Below, piece after piece: positions 10,434-19,919 of a stretch of DNA of 64,000 nucleotides. Under the pieces are notes generated by a model. That model did no database searches. It was given only the letters and a program-made list of their open reading frames with translations, and was not told the DNA's origin. The first letter of the stretch is position 1, and each line of letters opens with the position of its first letter. Origin of the DNA: Frankiaceae bacterium (GTDB lineage Bacteria; Actinomycetota; Actinomycetes; JADGOV01); assembly GCA_017882785.1 (NCBI GenBank), contig JADGOV010000002.1, positions 2,685 through 66,684 of the forward strand, in the 5' to 3' direction. The position numbers and the translations under genes were made by a program.

Positions 10434-10471
10434 CAGTCCACCCTCGTGCGCGGGGGCGCGAGGGTGGACTG
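10434..10471. terminator. bidirectional terminator-like hairpin between convergent genes
   Basis: Perfect 13-bp stem (cagtccaccctcg / cgagggtggactg) with a G/C-rich loop, between the stops at 10423 and 10479. No U-tract. Confidence 0.5.
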
Positions 10472-10478
10472 CGCCGCT

Positions 10479-11678
10479 TCAGGCGGTGCGGACGACCACC
10501 GGGATACGTTGCACCATGTTGTTGGCCATGCCCTGGCGGTTCCACGGTTGGTTCCACGGCTGCACGCTGCCGGCGGCGTCCGTCGCGCGGCAGCAGAGCT
10601 CGGTTTCGCCCGGGGCCGCGGCTGTCCACGTGAACGTCCACGCCCGCCAAGCCCACGGCGACAGCGCCGGTTCCAGCTCCGCGGCGTGCCACGTCATGCC
10701 GCTGTCGACGCTTACCTCGACGCGCTCGACGGGGGCTGTTCCTGACCAGGCACGACCCCGGAGCAGATGACCGCCGACGTCGACAACGCGGACCCGCGAC
10801 ATGAAGTCGGGGAAGCCGGGGGGCCGCATGAGTGCTCGGGGTCGGATACGCGTGACTGGCACGTCGGCTTCATCATGATCCGAATCCCCGGATTCTCCAG
10901 TGGGCTCGAGGAACCGGTATGCCGTGGCGTTCTGATATCCCTCGAAGGGGCGGTCGAGAACGACGATGCGACTGAGCCACTTCACGTGGGCCATGCCGTA
11001 CCAACCAGGAGCGACGAGGCGCACGGGAGCGCCATGCTGCGGCGGAAGTGGTTGCCCGTTCATCGCATATGCGAGGAGCAGGTCACCGTCGAGGGCGTCC
11101 TCGACTGACATGCCGCGGGCGTAGTCCTGCTCCACCCCACGCTCGATCCCGTGATCCGCCCCGGTGAAGGCCAGATCGACGGCACCGGAACGGATCCCGC
11201 ATTCGCCCAGGAGCGACCGCAGCGGTGTCCCCGTCCAGTCCGCCGTGCCCACGGCCTCCGTGAGCCAGGGTTGGCTGACCGGCCTGGGCAACAGCCGGGC
11301 CCTGCCGTTCCCGGCACACTCGATCGTCACCCGCAGGGTTTCCATCGGTCGCGACCGGATCGCCTCCAGATTGAAGCTCCGCTCGTGCTCGACCAGACCC
11401 TCCACGCGCAGCGACCACGCGGCCGGGTCGACGTCGGGGATGTCGTAGTGGACGAGCAGGTAATGCAGCCCGACCGGCGTCACGTCGTAGCGCAAGGCCT
11501 CCAGCGGCATCCCGTGATTGCGGGTGGCAAGTTGCAACTCCTCGACCGAGATCGCCTCGGCCGGTTCGGCAACGCGCGAATCAGCCGCCAGGTCCTCTGA
11601 TGCGCGTCCCACGGGCGCCTCCTCGCCCCGAGGTGTACTCCTTCCCACGACACTGCACAAGGGCGGCGGCGACCCCAT
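10479..11678 (-). CDS. sulfite-oxidase-family molybdopterin oxidoreductase
   Basis: Oxidored_molyb-type motifs (NHGMP..., VTIECAGNGR with the Moco-ligand Cys, APGWYGMAHVKWL) plus a C-terminal dimerisation-like domain. The exact start is uncertain. Confidence 0.8.
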   Translation of the reverse strand: MGSPPPLCSVVGRSTPRGEEAPVGRASEDLAADSRVAEPAEAISVEELQLATRNHGMPLEALRYDVTPVGLHYLLVHYDIPDVDPAAWSLRVEGLVEHERSFNLEAIRSRPMETLRVTIECAGNGRARLLPRPVSQPWLTEAVGTADWTGTPLRSLLGECGIRSGAVDLAFTGADHGIERGVEQDYARGMSVEDALDGDLLLAYAMNGQPLPPQHGAPVRLVAPGWYGMAHVKWLSRIVVLDRPFEGYQNATAYRFLEPTGESGDSDHDEADVPVTRIRPRALMRPPGFPDFMSRVRVVDVGGHLLRGRAWSGTAPVERVEVSVDSGMTWHAAELEPALSPWAWRAWTFTWTAAAPGETELCCRATDAAGSVQPWNQPWNRQGMANNMVQRIPVVVRTA

Positions 11679-11711
11679 TCCGGTGCTCCGCGCCCCAACG
11701 GCGACGCCCGC

Positions 11712-12170
11712 TCATTCGGGATCGAGCAGCCGTGGAAACCGACGGACCCAGCGGCGTTGCCACGGGGTCTCGACGGCATGTCGGTGGTAGACCTCACGGA
11801 CCCAGGGCACGGCCTCGTCGGGTTGGGTGCCGGCAAGGATCGCAAGGATCGCAAGGGCCGCGAGGGCTGTGCCGGTGCGCTCTACGCCGCCGGCGCAGGC
11901 GATCTCCACGCGGTGGCCTGACCGCGCGAGCCCGTACGCCCGCCCGAGTTGGCGCGCTGTCTGCGCCGGATCGCGTGGGAGCCAGAAGTCGGGCCAGGCG
12001 ACGACGATGTGTTCCCAGACGGGTTGGTAGTCGATGCCGAGATAGATCCCGAAGTGTGGGTCGGGCCCGATCGGCGGTTGGTTCCGCAGGCTGCGCGCCC
12101 GGATCCAGGTGCCGTCGGGTAGCTGAAGGGCTCCAGGCAGGGGTCCGGACAACGCGTAAGGATCAGCCAT
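11712..12170 (-). CDS. protein-tyrosine/dual-specificity phosphatase-like protein
   Basis: CX5R(S/T) P-loop (CAGGVERTG) and a WPD-like loop (VAWPDFWLP). 152 aa. Lies 33 bp upstream of the Moco enzyme on the same strand. Confidence 0.6.
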   Translation of the reverse strand: MADPYALSGPLPGALQLPDGTWIRARSLRNQPPIGPDPHFGIYLGIDYQPVWEHIVVAWPDFWLPRDPAQTARQLGRAYGLARSGHRVEIACAGGVERTGTALAALAILAILAGTQPDEAVPWVREVYHRHAVETPWQRRWVRRFPRLLDPE

Positions 12171-12231
12171 GGGTGCCAGGGTGCCGCGCCACGATGTGAC
12201 GAGCCAGAGGCAGCCACTACGCTCGGCACTC

Positions 12232-13440
12232 GTGACGCGACGCTACTGGACGCCGCTGGTGCCGCTTGTCCTTCTCCCGGTGATGCTCTCGGCCTGCTCG
12301 ACCTCGAGCAAGCCGGACGCGAAGGAGCAGCCCACAGCCTCCCGGGGCCCCGCCAACCCGGCTGGCACGGCCAACCCAGGCACCGCGGGCCCGAGCGCGT
12401 CGAGCGGCGCGCCCGCGGCCGCCCCGGAAGTGGCCGGGCCGTCCGCACGCCGCCGGCTGAAGTTGGCCGGCGTCGTCTCCGGCCACATCACCCCCAAGTC
12501 TGTGGTGGCTTCCGGACGCGGGCTGATTCTCGCGCAGAACATGATGTATACGCACACGGTGACCGCCTACAACCGGGCCGGCGTCCTCGTCAAGACCATC
12601 CCGGACACCGTGCGGCTGTCTGACTTCGGCTTCGGGAAGTACCCCGGCACCGACCAGGGAGCCCCCGTCGAGGCGGCGTTCGCCCCGGACGGCCGACACG
12701 CCTATATCTCCAACTACTCCATGTACGGACCGAGGTTCGGCCGGGAAGGAACGGACTCCTGTACGCCGAGCTCCGGATACAACTCGAGCTTTCTCTACCG
12801 GCTCGACACCGCCAGCCTGCGCATCGACCAGGTGCTCCAGGTCGGTGCCGTGCCCAAGTATGTCGCCGTCAGCCCGGACGGTCGGCTCGTGCTGGCCAGC
12901 AACTGGTGCTCCTACAGCCTCAGCGTGCTGGATGCGGCAAACGGTCGCCAGCTCCGCCAGGTGGCGCTGGGGCCCTACCCGCGGGGGATAGTCGTGCAGC
13001 CGGACTCCCGGACGGCCTACGTCGCGGTGATGGGCAGCACCCGCCTGGCCCGGGTCGACCTGCGGACCTACACGGTGCACTACCTGCCTGTCGGTGCCGG
13101 ACCGCGCCACCTCGTGCGGGATCGGTCCGGCCGCTGGCTCTACGTCACGCTCAACTCCGAAGGTCGGATCGCCAAGGTGGACCTGCGGAGCGGTCGGGTG
13201 GTGCGGAAGGTGGCGACCGGTCAGGCTCCGCGGAGCATGGCGATCTCCGCGGATGGTCAGTCGCTGTACGTGGTGAACTATGAGTCGGACACCGTGAGCA
13301 AGGTGCGCACCGCCGACATGCACGTGCTGCAGACGGTGTCGACGCGACATCACCCCATCGGCATCACCTACGACAGCGGAACCGGGGACGTGTGGGTGGC
13401 CTGCTACAGCGGCAGTCTCATGCGCTTCAGGGACATCTAG
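12232..13440 (+). CDS. YVTN-type beta-propeller repeat lipoprotein
   Basis: GTG 12232 gives a lipoprotein signal (VTRRYWTPLVPLVLLPVMLSAC). Repeated '..G..P..vavspDG..lyv.n..s.tvsv.d' units are present. The track start 12169 would overlap the divergent gene's start codon. Confidence 0.7.
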   Translation: MTRRYWTPLVPLVLLPVMLSACSTSSKPDAKEQPTASRGPANPAGTANPGTAGPSASSGAPAAAPEVAGPSARRRLKLAGVVSGHITPKSVVASGRGLILAQNMMYTHTVTAYNRAGVLVKTIPDTVRLSDFGFGKYPGTDQGAPVEAAFAPDGRHAYISNYSMYGPRFGREGTDSCTPSSGYNSSFLYRLDTASLRIDQVLQVGAVPKYVAVSPDGRLVLASNWCSYSLSVLDAANGRQLRQVALGPYPRGIVVQPDSRTAYVAVMGSTRLARVDLRTYTVHYLPVGAGPRHLVRDRSGRWLYVTLNSEGRIAKVDLRSGRVVRKVATGQAPRSMAISADGQSLYVVNYESDTVSKVRTADMHVLQTVSTRHHPIGITYDSGTGDVWVACYSGSLMRFRDI

Positions 13441-13516
13441 GCGGGGATGTGGGCGGAGCGCCGGAACCCCACGCCGGCGCTCGGAATGCCGACCCGCCGG
13501 GGCTCGTTGCAGCGTA

Positions 13517-15094
13517 GTGCCGACGACAAGCGAGCGCTCGCCGACGGGTGGCCGGCCGGGTCCCCAGCCGGAAGCGGACACGTCGGGTAGCCTGCGCTAC
13601 GGCACCGGACCGGGCCGATGGGTGATCGCCGCCACCGTGCTGGGCTCCGGGCTCGCCGCGTTGGACGCCACGGTGGTCGGAATAGCGCTGCCGGCCATCG
13701 GCCGGGACACCGGCGCCGGGCTGGGCACGCTGCAGTGGGTCGTCACCGCCTACACCCTCACGTTGGCCGGGCTACTGCTGCTCGGCGGCGCCCTCGGGGA
13801 CCGTTACGGCCGTCGCCGGGTGTATTCCATCGGGATTGTCGCCTTCGCGGGCGCCTCGCTGCTCTGTGCGCTGGCCCCGAACGCGTCGATCCTCGTCGCG
13901 GCTCGTGCCCTGCAGGGGGTGGGCGGGGCCCTGCTCACTCCGGGCAGCCTGGCGATCCTGCAGGCATCGTTCGTGGCCGAGGACCGCGGCCGGGCGATCG
14001 GCGCCTGGTCGGGCCTGGGCGGGGTCGCCACCGCGCTCGGCCCGTTCCTCGGCGGCTATCTGATCACCGCCGTGTCCTGGCGGATGATCTTTCTGATCAA
14101 CCTGCCGCTGTCGGTCGTGGTGCTCGTGCTCACCGCCCGACACGTCCCGGAGTCTCGAGACGAGCATGATGTCGGCCCGCTCGACCTTCCTGGCGCCGCG
14201 CTCATCACCGTGGGTCTGATCGGGCTGACGTACGGATTGATCGCCGGTGCGGAGGCGGGCTGGGGGAGCACTCAAGTGATCGCCCCGCTGCTCGCCGGAC
14301 TGGTCGCGCTCACCGCCTTCATCGCGGTGGAACGGCGGGCACCGGCGCCGATGCTGCCGCTGGGCCTCTTCTCCTCCCGGCTCTTCACGGTGACCAATCT
14401 CGTCACCCTGCTGGTCTACGCCGCGCTCGGTGGCGCCCTGTTCCTCCTGCCGATCGAGCTGCAGACGGTGTCTGGTTACAGTCCGCTACAGTCCGGTGTC
14501 GCGCTGTTGCCAGTGACGTTCATCATGCTGCTCCTGTCCAGCCGATTCGGCGGGTTGTCCGCCAGGATCGGCCCACGCCTGCCGATGACGGTCGGTCCGC
14601 TGTTGGTAGGCGCAGGGATGGCGCTGCTGACCCGCGTCAGCGGTGGCTCCTACGTGAGTGCCGTTCTGCCTGCCGTGCTCGTCCTCGGCCTGGGGCTGTC
14701 AATGACCGTGGCGCCGCTGACCACGACGGTGCTGGCCGCCGCTCCCGCCGAGCGGGCCGGCATCGCGTCGGCGGTGAACAACGGTGTGGCCCGGGTGGCG
14801 GCTCTGCTCGCCGTGGCGGTGCTGCCGGCCGCGGTGGGTCTCAGTGGCGACAGTTACCGGGACGCCACCGCCTTCAACGGGGGTTACACGTCAGCCGTGC
14901 TGCTTGCCGGCGCCTTGGCCGCCCTGGGTGGTGTGCTGTCCGGGATCGCGATTCGCAATCCGCACACCATCGGGCCGGCGGACCCGCGCTGCCGGGACAT
15001 GCACTGCGCGCTGGACGCGCCACGACAGGAGGCAGCCCACCCCACGTTCCTCGTTGCCACCGGAGTGCCGGCGTCCGAACGTGGTCCGGTCTAG
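13517..15094 (+). CDS. MFS transporter, DHA2 (14-TMS, EmrB/QacA-like)
   Basis: Motifs LDATVVGIALPAIG and GALGDRYGRRRV, with many hydrophobic segments over 525 aa. Confidence 0.85.
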   Translation: MPTTSERSPTGGRPGPQPEADTSGSLRYGTGPGRWVIAATVLGSGLAALDATVVGIALPAIGRDTGAGLGTLQWVVTAYTLTLAGLLLLGGALGDRYGRRRVYSIGIVAFAGASLLCALAPNASILVAARALQGVGGALLTPGSLAILQASFVAEDRGRAIGAWSGLGGVATALGPFLGGYLITAVSWRMIFLINLPLSVVVLVLTARHVPESRDEHDVGPLDLPGAALITVGLIGLTYGLIAGAEAGWGSTQVIAPLLAGLVALTAFIAVERRAPAPMLPLGLFSSRLFTVTNLVTLLVYAALGGALFLLPIELQTVSGYSPLQSGVALLPVTFIMLLLSSRFGGLSARIGPRLPMTVGPLLVGAGMALLTRVSGGSYVSAVLPAVLVLGLGLSMTVAPLTTTVLAAAPAERAGIASAVNNGVARVAALLAVAVLPAAVGLSGDSYRDATAFNGGYTSAVLLAGALAALGGVLSGIAIRNPHTIGPADPRCRDMHCALDAPRQEAAHPTFLVATGVPASERGPV

Positions 15095-15726
15095 GTCCAG
15101 TCAACCGGCCCGGGGGCCGCACGGATGAGCGCCGGATGCCGTGGGTCGTCCACCCCGACGACGATGTCAGCGATGCTGGCGGGCGACGCCTCGGCCTCGT
15201 AGCGGGCGTAGGCCGGCTCCGTCCAGCGCAGGTCGGGCGGCAACCGCCGGCGCAGTGCCGCCGGGGACAGGTGAAGGTGCACCGTCAGGTCGAACGGCAG
15301 CCCGCAGCCGAGCAGGAACGAGCCGTCTACCACGACGACCGCGCCCGGAGGAGCCGGCGTCCGGCGCTGCCGAGCGGAGCGGTCGAGCAGCGGATCCCAC
15401 AGCGCGGGCAGGTACGCGCCGTTGCTCCCCGGCGCGAGCGGGGCGAGCACCTCCCGGCGTAACGCGCCGAGGTCGAGCCAGTCCTCGTACAGACTGTCCG
15501 GGTCGGTCCGGCCGCGTTCCCACCGCAGAGACGCCGGCCGAAGGAAGCCTGCGGCCGGAACCCGCAATGCCGGCCGTCCCGCTGCGCGCAACGGATCGAG
15601 AAGAGTGTCCGCGAGGGCACCCGGGTCCGCCGGCGGTGCCCCGTCGATCGCGACCCGCAGCACCTGGCCCGGTTGGCGGGCTGCCAACGTGTGCGTCAGG
15701 AAAGCCACCAGCCGGCGCGGTGACAT
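15091..15726 (-). CDS. uridine-kinase/PRK-like protein with degenerate Walker A
   Basis: Start chosen at MSPRRL (15726). 'VAIDGAPPADPGALADTL' aligns to the kinase P-loop position but lacks GK[ST]. The track start 15849 would overlap marR. Confidence 0.45.
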   Translation of the reverse strand: MSPRRLVAFLTHTLAARQPGQVLRVAIDGAPPADPGALADTLLDPLRAAGRPALRVPAAGFLRPASLRWERGRTDPDSLYEDWLDLGALRREVLAPLAPGSNGAYLPALWDPLLDRSARQRRTPAPPGAVVVVDGSFLLGCGLPFDLTVHLHLSPAALRRRLPPDLRWTEPAYARYEAEASPASIADIVVGVDDPRHPALIRAAPGPVDWT

Positions 15727-15800
15727 CGGCCGCACCGGCGGCCGCGACGCGTCGGTCACGGCCCGGGCCTGTTCGTCATGACCTGGCGCCGGTTGCCCAT

Positions 15801-15818
15801 CATTTGCAACTGCAAGTG
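15801..15818. promoter_or_regulatory. imperfect palindrome, candidate MarR operator
   Basis: catTTGCAacTGCAAgtg has perfect 5-bp arms (TTGCA/TGCAA) with extra flanking pairs. It lies 22 nt upstream of the marR GTG in the divergent intergenic region. Confidence 0.4.
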
Positions 15819-15839
15819 TCTGCGCGGTATGGTGGTGAC

Positions 15840-16295
15840 GTGCCAGCATTGCGCCCGTTGAGCCGCCGCGAGATGGCGGCCTGGCACGCGCTGATCCGCG
15901 GCCACGGCGGCATGATGCGCAAGCTCGAAGCCGAGTTGCAGGCTGCGCACGGACTGTCGCTGGCGGCGTACGAGGTGCTGGCGCACGTGTCGGAGGCGCC
16001 GGATCGCCGGCTGCGGATGAGTGACCTCACGACCTGCTCCCAGCTCTCGCCCAGTGGCTTGACAAGGCTCGTGGACAAGTTGGTACGCGACGGGTTGGTG
16101 GAGCGGGTCCGCTGCGCAGCCGACGCGCGGGTGGTCTACGCCGCACTGACCGAGCGGGGCCTCGAGCAGTTGGAGGCTGCCTACCCCACCCATCTGCGGG
16201 GCGTGCGAGCCCACGCCATCGACCGGTGGGACCGGGACGAGCGGGACACGGTCGCCTGCGCACTCGGCAAGCTCGCGGACCTGCCGCCGCACTGA
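15840..16295 (+). CDS. MarR family transcriptional regulator
   Basis: GTG 15840. Winged-helix core (RLRMSDLTTCSQLSPSGLTRLVDKLVRDGLVERVRCAADARVVYAALTERG). Confidence 0.85.
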   Translation: MPALRPLSRREMAAWHALIRGHGGMMRKLEAELQAAHGLSLAAYEVLAHVSEAPDRRLRMSDLTTCSQLSPSGLTRLVDKLVRDGLVERVRCAADARVVYAALTERGLEQLEAAYPTHLRGVRAHAIDRWDRDERDTVACALGKLADLPPH

Positions 16296-16375
16296 GGGTC
16301 GGGCTGCCCCGCCGGTCCGCGCGCACCCCGCCAGCATGCCGCGGCGGAGGCTACCATCCGCGATGGGCGTCGGAG

Positions 16376-17587
16376 ATGACTCACGGGGGAGCAGTGCCGA
16401 ACGAATGGGACGTCGTCGTCATAGGAGCGGGCCCTGCGGGCACCGCGGCAGCGCACGCCGCTGCCCTTGGCGAGGCACGTGTCCTGCTCCTCGAACGTGC
16501 GAGCATGCCGCGCTACAAGACGTGCGGCGGCGGCCTGGTCGGCACGTCGGTCGCTTCCTTGCCCGACCACCTGCGGCCTCCGGTCCAGGCCCGGGTGTCG
16601 CGGGCCACGTTCACCCTGGGTGGGGCATGGGCGTTCACCCGCAGCAGCCGGCGACCCTTCCTGGACATGGTCTACCGCGACCAGTTCGATGCCGCCCTTG
16701 CCGCGGCGGCCCAGCGGGCGGGCACCGAGGTGCGGACGGGGGTCACCGTCCGCGGGTTGGTCAGCCACGACGACGGCGTTGTCGTCGAGGCTGACGGCGG
16801 CAGCCTAACGGCCGCTGTCGTCCTCGGTGCGGACGGATCCGCAAGTAGGGTCGCCCGCCACGTCGGGGTGCGCTGCTCCCAGGTCGATCTGGCACTTGAG
16901 GTCGAGATCCCGCGGAGCAGTGCACAGATGGTGGGCTGGTCCGACCGGCTGCTCCTGGACTGGGGCCCGGTGCCCGGAGCCTACGGTTGGGTCTTTCCCA
17001 AGGGGGACGGTCTTACCGTTGGCGTGATTGCCGACCGCGACCACGGAGACGCCGTTCGGAGCTACCTGGAGGACTTCCTTCACCAACTGCGGCTGCATTC
17101 CGCCTTCCGCCGGATGCAGACCGGACACCTGACCCGGTGCCGTACGGAGGAGTCGCCGCTGCGCCGTGGCCGCGTCCTCGTCGTGGGTGACGCTGCGGGT
17201 CTGCTGGAGCCGTGGACCAGAGAGGGCATCTCCTTCGCGCTCCGGTCAGGGCGGTTGGCCGGGGAGGCTGCGGCCCGCGCCGTGGGACAGGAGTCACCGT
17301 CCGCCCTCGAGGGTGCGCTCGCGGAATATGAGCGTGCCGTCCGGGCCACGTTGGCGCCGGAAATGCGCGCCGGGGCCACACTGGCCGACGCTTTCCACGC
17401 CCGCCCGCGTGTCATCCACGCAGGTCTGGCCACTCCGCTCGGCTGGAGGTCGTTCCGCGGATTCTGCCGAGGTGAGGCCACGCTCGCGACCTTGGCGGCT
17501 CGCCCCAGCGTTCGCGCCCCCCTGAGGCTGCTGACGGTCGGCCGGAGCCCAGCCCGCCGCCGGGGCGCGCCTCGCTCTGGCGGGTGA
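16376..17587 (+). CDS. geranylgeranyl-reductase-family FAD-dependent oxidoreductase
   Basis: ATG 16376. WDVVVIGAGPAGTAAA Rossmann motif followed by PRYKTCGGGL, typical of this family. Confidence 0.8.
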   Translation: MTHGGAVPNEWDVVVIGAGPAGTAAAHAAALGEARVLLLERASMPRYKTCGGGLVGTSVASLPDHLRPPVQARVSRATFTLGGAWAFTRSSRRPFLDMVYRDQFDAALAAAAQRAGTEVRTGVTVRGLVSHDDGVVVEADGGSLTAAVVLGADGSASRVARHVGVRCSQVDLALEVEIPRSSAQMVGWSDRLLLDWGPVPGAYGWVFPKGDGLTVGVIADRDHGDAVRSYLEDFLHQLRLHSAFRRMQTGHLTRCRTEESPLRRGRVLVVGDAAGLLEPWTREGISFALRSGRLAGEAAARAVGQESPSALEGALAEYERAVRATLAPEMRAGATLADAFHARPRVIHAGLATPLGWRSFRGFCRGEATLATLAARPSVRAPLRLLTVGRSPARRRGAPRSGG

Positions 17588-17700
17588 TGTCCAACTGCGC
17601 GATCGGCACGCTGACAGCGGGTGTAGATCTAAGGGTGAGTGGGAATGCGCCGACCGGTAATCTGTTTGCGTAGTCAAATACCTTGGCCACCGGAGGAAGC

Positions 17701-18291
17701 ATGACCGAGACACCGATCCGCCTGGCAGTGATCGTGGCCAGCACGCGCGAGGGGCGGTTCGGGGACACCGTCGCCCGCTGGTTCGTGCGGGTCCTGGAGC
17801 AGTGGCCGGACTTCGCCGTCGACGTCATCGACCTGCGCGAGGTGGAGCTGCCGGCCGTGCAGTCGGCGGCGCATCCCAAGTCGGGACGGTACTCCCAGCC
17901 CATCGCCCGCTTCGCCGCCCGGATCGCCGACGCCGACGCTTTCGTGTTCGTCACCCCCGAGTACAACCACGGCTACCCGGCCTCGCTGAAGTCGGCGCTC
18001 GACGCCGTCTTCGCAGAGTGGAATGCCAAGCCCGCCAGCTTCGTGTCCTATGGCGGCCTCGCCGGCGGTCTGCGGGCGGTGGAGCAGCTCCGCCAGGTGT
18101 TCGGCGAGTTGCACATGGTGGCCATCCGGGACACGGTCGCCATTCCTTTCGCGCCTCGCATGTTCGACGAGGGCGGCCAGCTCATCGACGACGGCATCGT
18201 GCCCGCGTCGACCAAGGTGATGCTCGACTCGCTGTCCTGGTGGGCCAAGGCGCTGCGTACCGCGCGAGCCGACTCCCCGTACAGCGCCTGA
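17701..18291 (+). CDS. NADPH-dependent FMN reductase
   Basis: ATG 17701 (GGAGGAAGC upstream). IRLAVIVASTREGRFG...FVTPEYNHGYPASLKSALD motif. Confidence 0.85.
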   Translation: MTETPIRLAVIVASTREGRFGDTVARWFVRVLEQWPDFAVDVIDLREVELPAVQSAAHPKSGRYSQPIARFAARIADADAFVFVTPEYNHGYPASLKSALDAVFAEWNAKPASFVSYGGLAGGLRAVEQLRQVFGELHMVAIRDTVAIPFAPRMFDEGGQLIDDGIVPASTKVMLDSLSWWAKALRTARADSPYSA

Positions 18292-18317
18292 GCTGTCGGG
18301 CGCGGCGTGCGACCGGA

Positions 18318-19001
18318 TCAGCGGAGCAGTCCGGCGATGAGGTTGATGGCGCCGGCCACAATGACCACGCCGAAGAGGTAGGACAGGAGCGCGTGGCCCA
18401 GTACCGTGCCCCGGATCCGGGGATCTCGCACCGTCGTGTCGGACACCTGGTAGGTCATGCCGATGGTGAAGGCGACGTAGGCGAAGTCGCGGTAGTCCGG
18501 CCGCCCGGCCTGCGTCGCGTCGCCGAAAGCGATGCCGTCGGCAGTTGATCCGTAGTGCTGGTGGGTGTAGTGCAGCGTGTAGACGGTGTTGATGAGCGTC
18601 CACGACAGGACGACGGTCAGCACGGCGAAGCCGATGAGGACTACCCGCAGCGCGCCGCTTTCCCGTCCCGCCCGTTCCAGGGCGAAGCCGACACCCAGCA
18701 GGCTGGCCACACTCGCCCCGAGCAGCAGCACCGTGGCGGAGCCGCGCGTCTCGTCATCGCGCATCGCAACGTGTTCGGCCTGCGAGCTGTCCGCTCGGAT
18801 GATGAGCGGCCAGACGGTCCCGAGAAAGGTGAGCGCGGCCGCGTCCCACCCCCCGACCAGGGCCAACCCCCAGGTCAGAAAGTTGAGGAACACGAGAGTG
18901 ACGATCAGGCCGATGGAGGCCACGGCGATGGCTCGCCGCAGGGCAGGGGCATGCCAGCCCAGCCATCGGTGGTACATCGTCCGCGGCGGCATCCCGGTCA
19001 T
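18318..19001 (-). CDS. DUF1345-like integral membrane protein
   Basis: About 6 hydrophobic segments and a C-terminal YRDFAYVAFTIGMTYQVSDT motif recalled from DUF1345. Confidence 0.65.
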   Translation of the reverse strand: MTGMPPRTMYHRWLGWHAPALRRAIAVASIGLIVTLVFLNFLTWGLALVGGWDAAALTFLGTVWPLIIRADSSQAEHVAMRDDETRGSATVLLLGASVASLLGVGFALERAGRESGALRVVLIGFAVLTVVLSWTLINTVYTLHYTHQHYGSTADGIAFGDATQAGRPDYRDFAYVAFTIGMTYQVSDTTVRDPRIRGTVLGHALLSYLFGVVIVAGAINLIAGLLR

Positions 19002-19112
19002 CGTCGCAGTGTTTCCGATCGCGGCTGATCACGTCACTGCCTGTCATGTGGCGAGCTTCTTGCCCACTCGCACCGCGAGCATGACCCACGTCCGGTGGGG
19101 CATAGTGTCGCG

Positions 19113-19919
19113 ATGGGAAGGCTGTCCGGTCGGGTAGCGCTGGTCACTGGTGGAAGCCGGGGCATCGGCGCGTCGATCGCCCGCACGTTGGCTGCGAACG
19201 GCGCGAAGGTGGCGGTTGCCGCGCGGACCTCGGGACAGCAGCCAAGGGAGCTGTCGACTCTGGCCGACGAGATCGGTGGGGTCGCCGTGCCGGCGGACGT
19301 CAGCCGCCCGGCCGACGTCGAGCGGATGGTCGCCGACACCAACCTGCGCCTCGGTCCGGTAGACATCCTGATCAACAACGCCGGCGTGGTGTGGCCGCTG
19401 GGCCGCACCGTGTCAGTCGACGCCGACGAGTGGGAATCCGCTGTCGCGATCAACCTCTTCGGCGCGGTCCGGTGCCTTCGGGCCGTGTTGCCGGCGATGC
19501 TGACGCGAGGGTACGGGCGGATCGTCAACCTCTCCAGCGGGGCCGCCGACGGCGCGGGCATGCCCAGCGCCAGCGCCTACTCGGCCGGCAAGGCCGCACT
19601 GGACATGGTCACCGCCAACGTGGCGGTCGAGTTGGCCGACACCGGCGTGACGATCAACGGTGTCCGACCGGGTACGGCCGACACCGGCATGCAGGAGTAC
19701 ATGAGGTCGCTGCCGCGCGAGCAGGTCGGCGAGGAGTTCTACGAGCGTTTCTCCCTTCTCCACCGCGAGGGCCGCCTGGCCGACCCGGCCCTCGCGGCGC
19801 AGTTGGTGCTGCAGCTGATCTGCAGCGATGCCAACGGGTTGACCGTGGACGTGCGCAGCGAAGCCGGCCGGGCGCTGCTCGGGCAGCCGACGGCTGAGGG
19901 CGACCCGGTCACCGACTGA
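19113..19919 (+). CDS. SDR family oxidoreductase
   Basis: TGGSRGIG cofactor motif, NNAG, and the YSAGK catalytic YxxxK. Confidence 0.85.
   Translation: MGRLSGRVALVTGGSRGIGASIARTLAANGAKVAVAARTSGQQPRELSTLADEIGGVAVPADVSRPADVERMVADTNLRLGPVDILINNAGVVWPLGRTVSVDADEWESAVAINLFGAVRCLRAVLPAMLTRGYGRIVNLSSGAADGAGMPSASAYSAGKAALDMVTANVAVELADTGVTINGVRPGTADTGMQEYMRSLPREQVGEEFYERFSLLHREGRLADPALAAQLVLQLICSDANGLTVDVRSEAGRALLGQPTAEGDPVTD

Noticed and set aside
12168-12171. The palindromic CCATGG seems to hold the start codons of both divergent genes (minus-strand start at 12170, plus-strand start at 12169)
   Set aside because: The plus-strand gene more plausibly starts at GTG 12232, which yields a canonical lipoprotein signal peptide. 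That leaves a 61-bp intergenic region.
5921-15094. LAL regulator + BBE-like oxidase + MFS exporter as a possible natural-product gene cluster
   Set aside because: No PKS, NRPS, terpene synthase, RiPP precursor or other core biosynthetic gene is visible. The genes are interleaved with unrelated functions on alternating strands.
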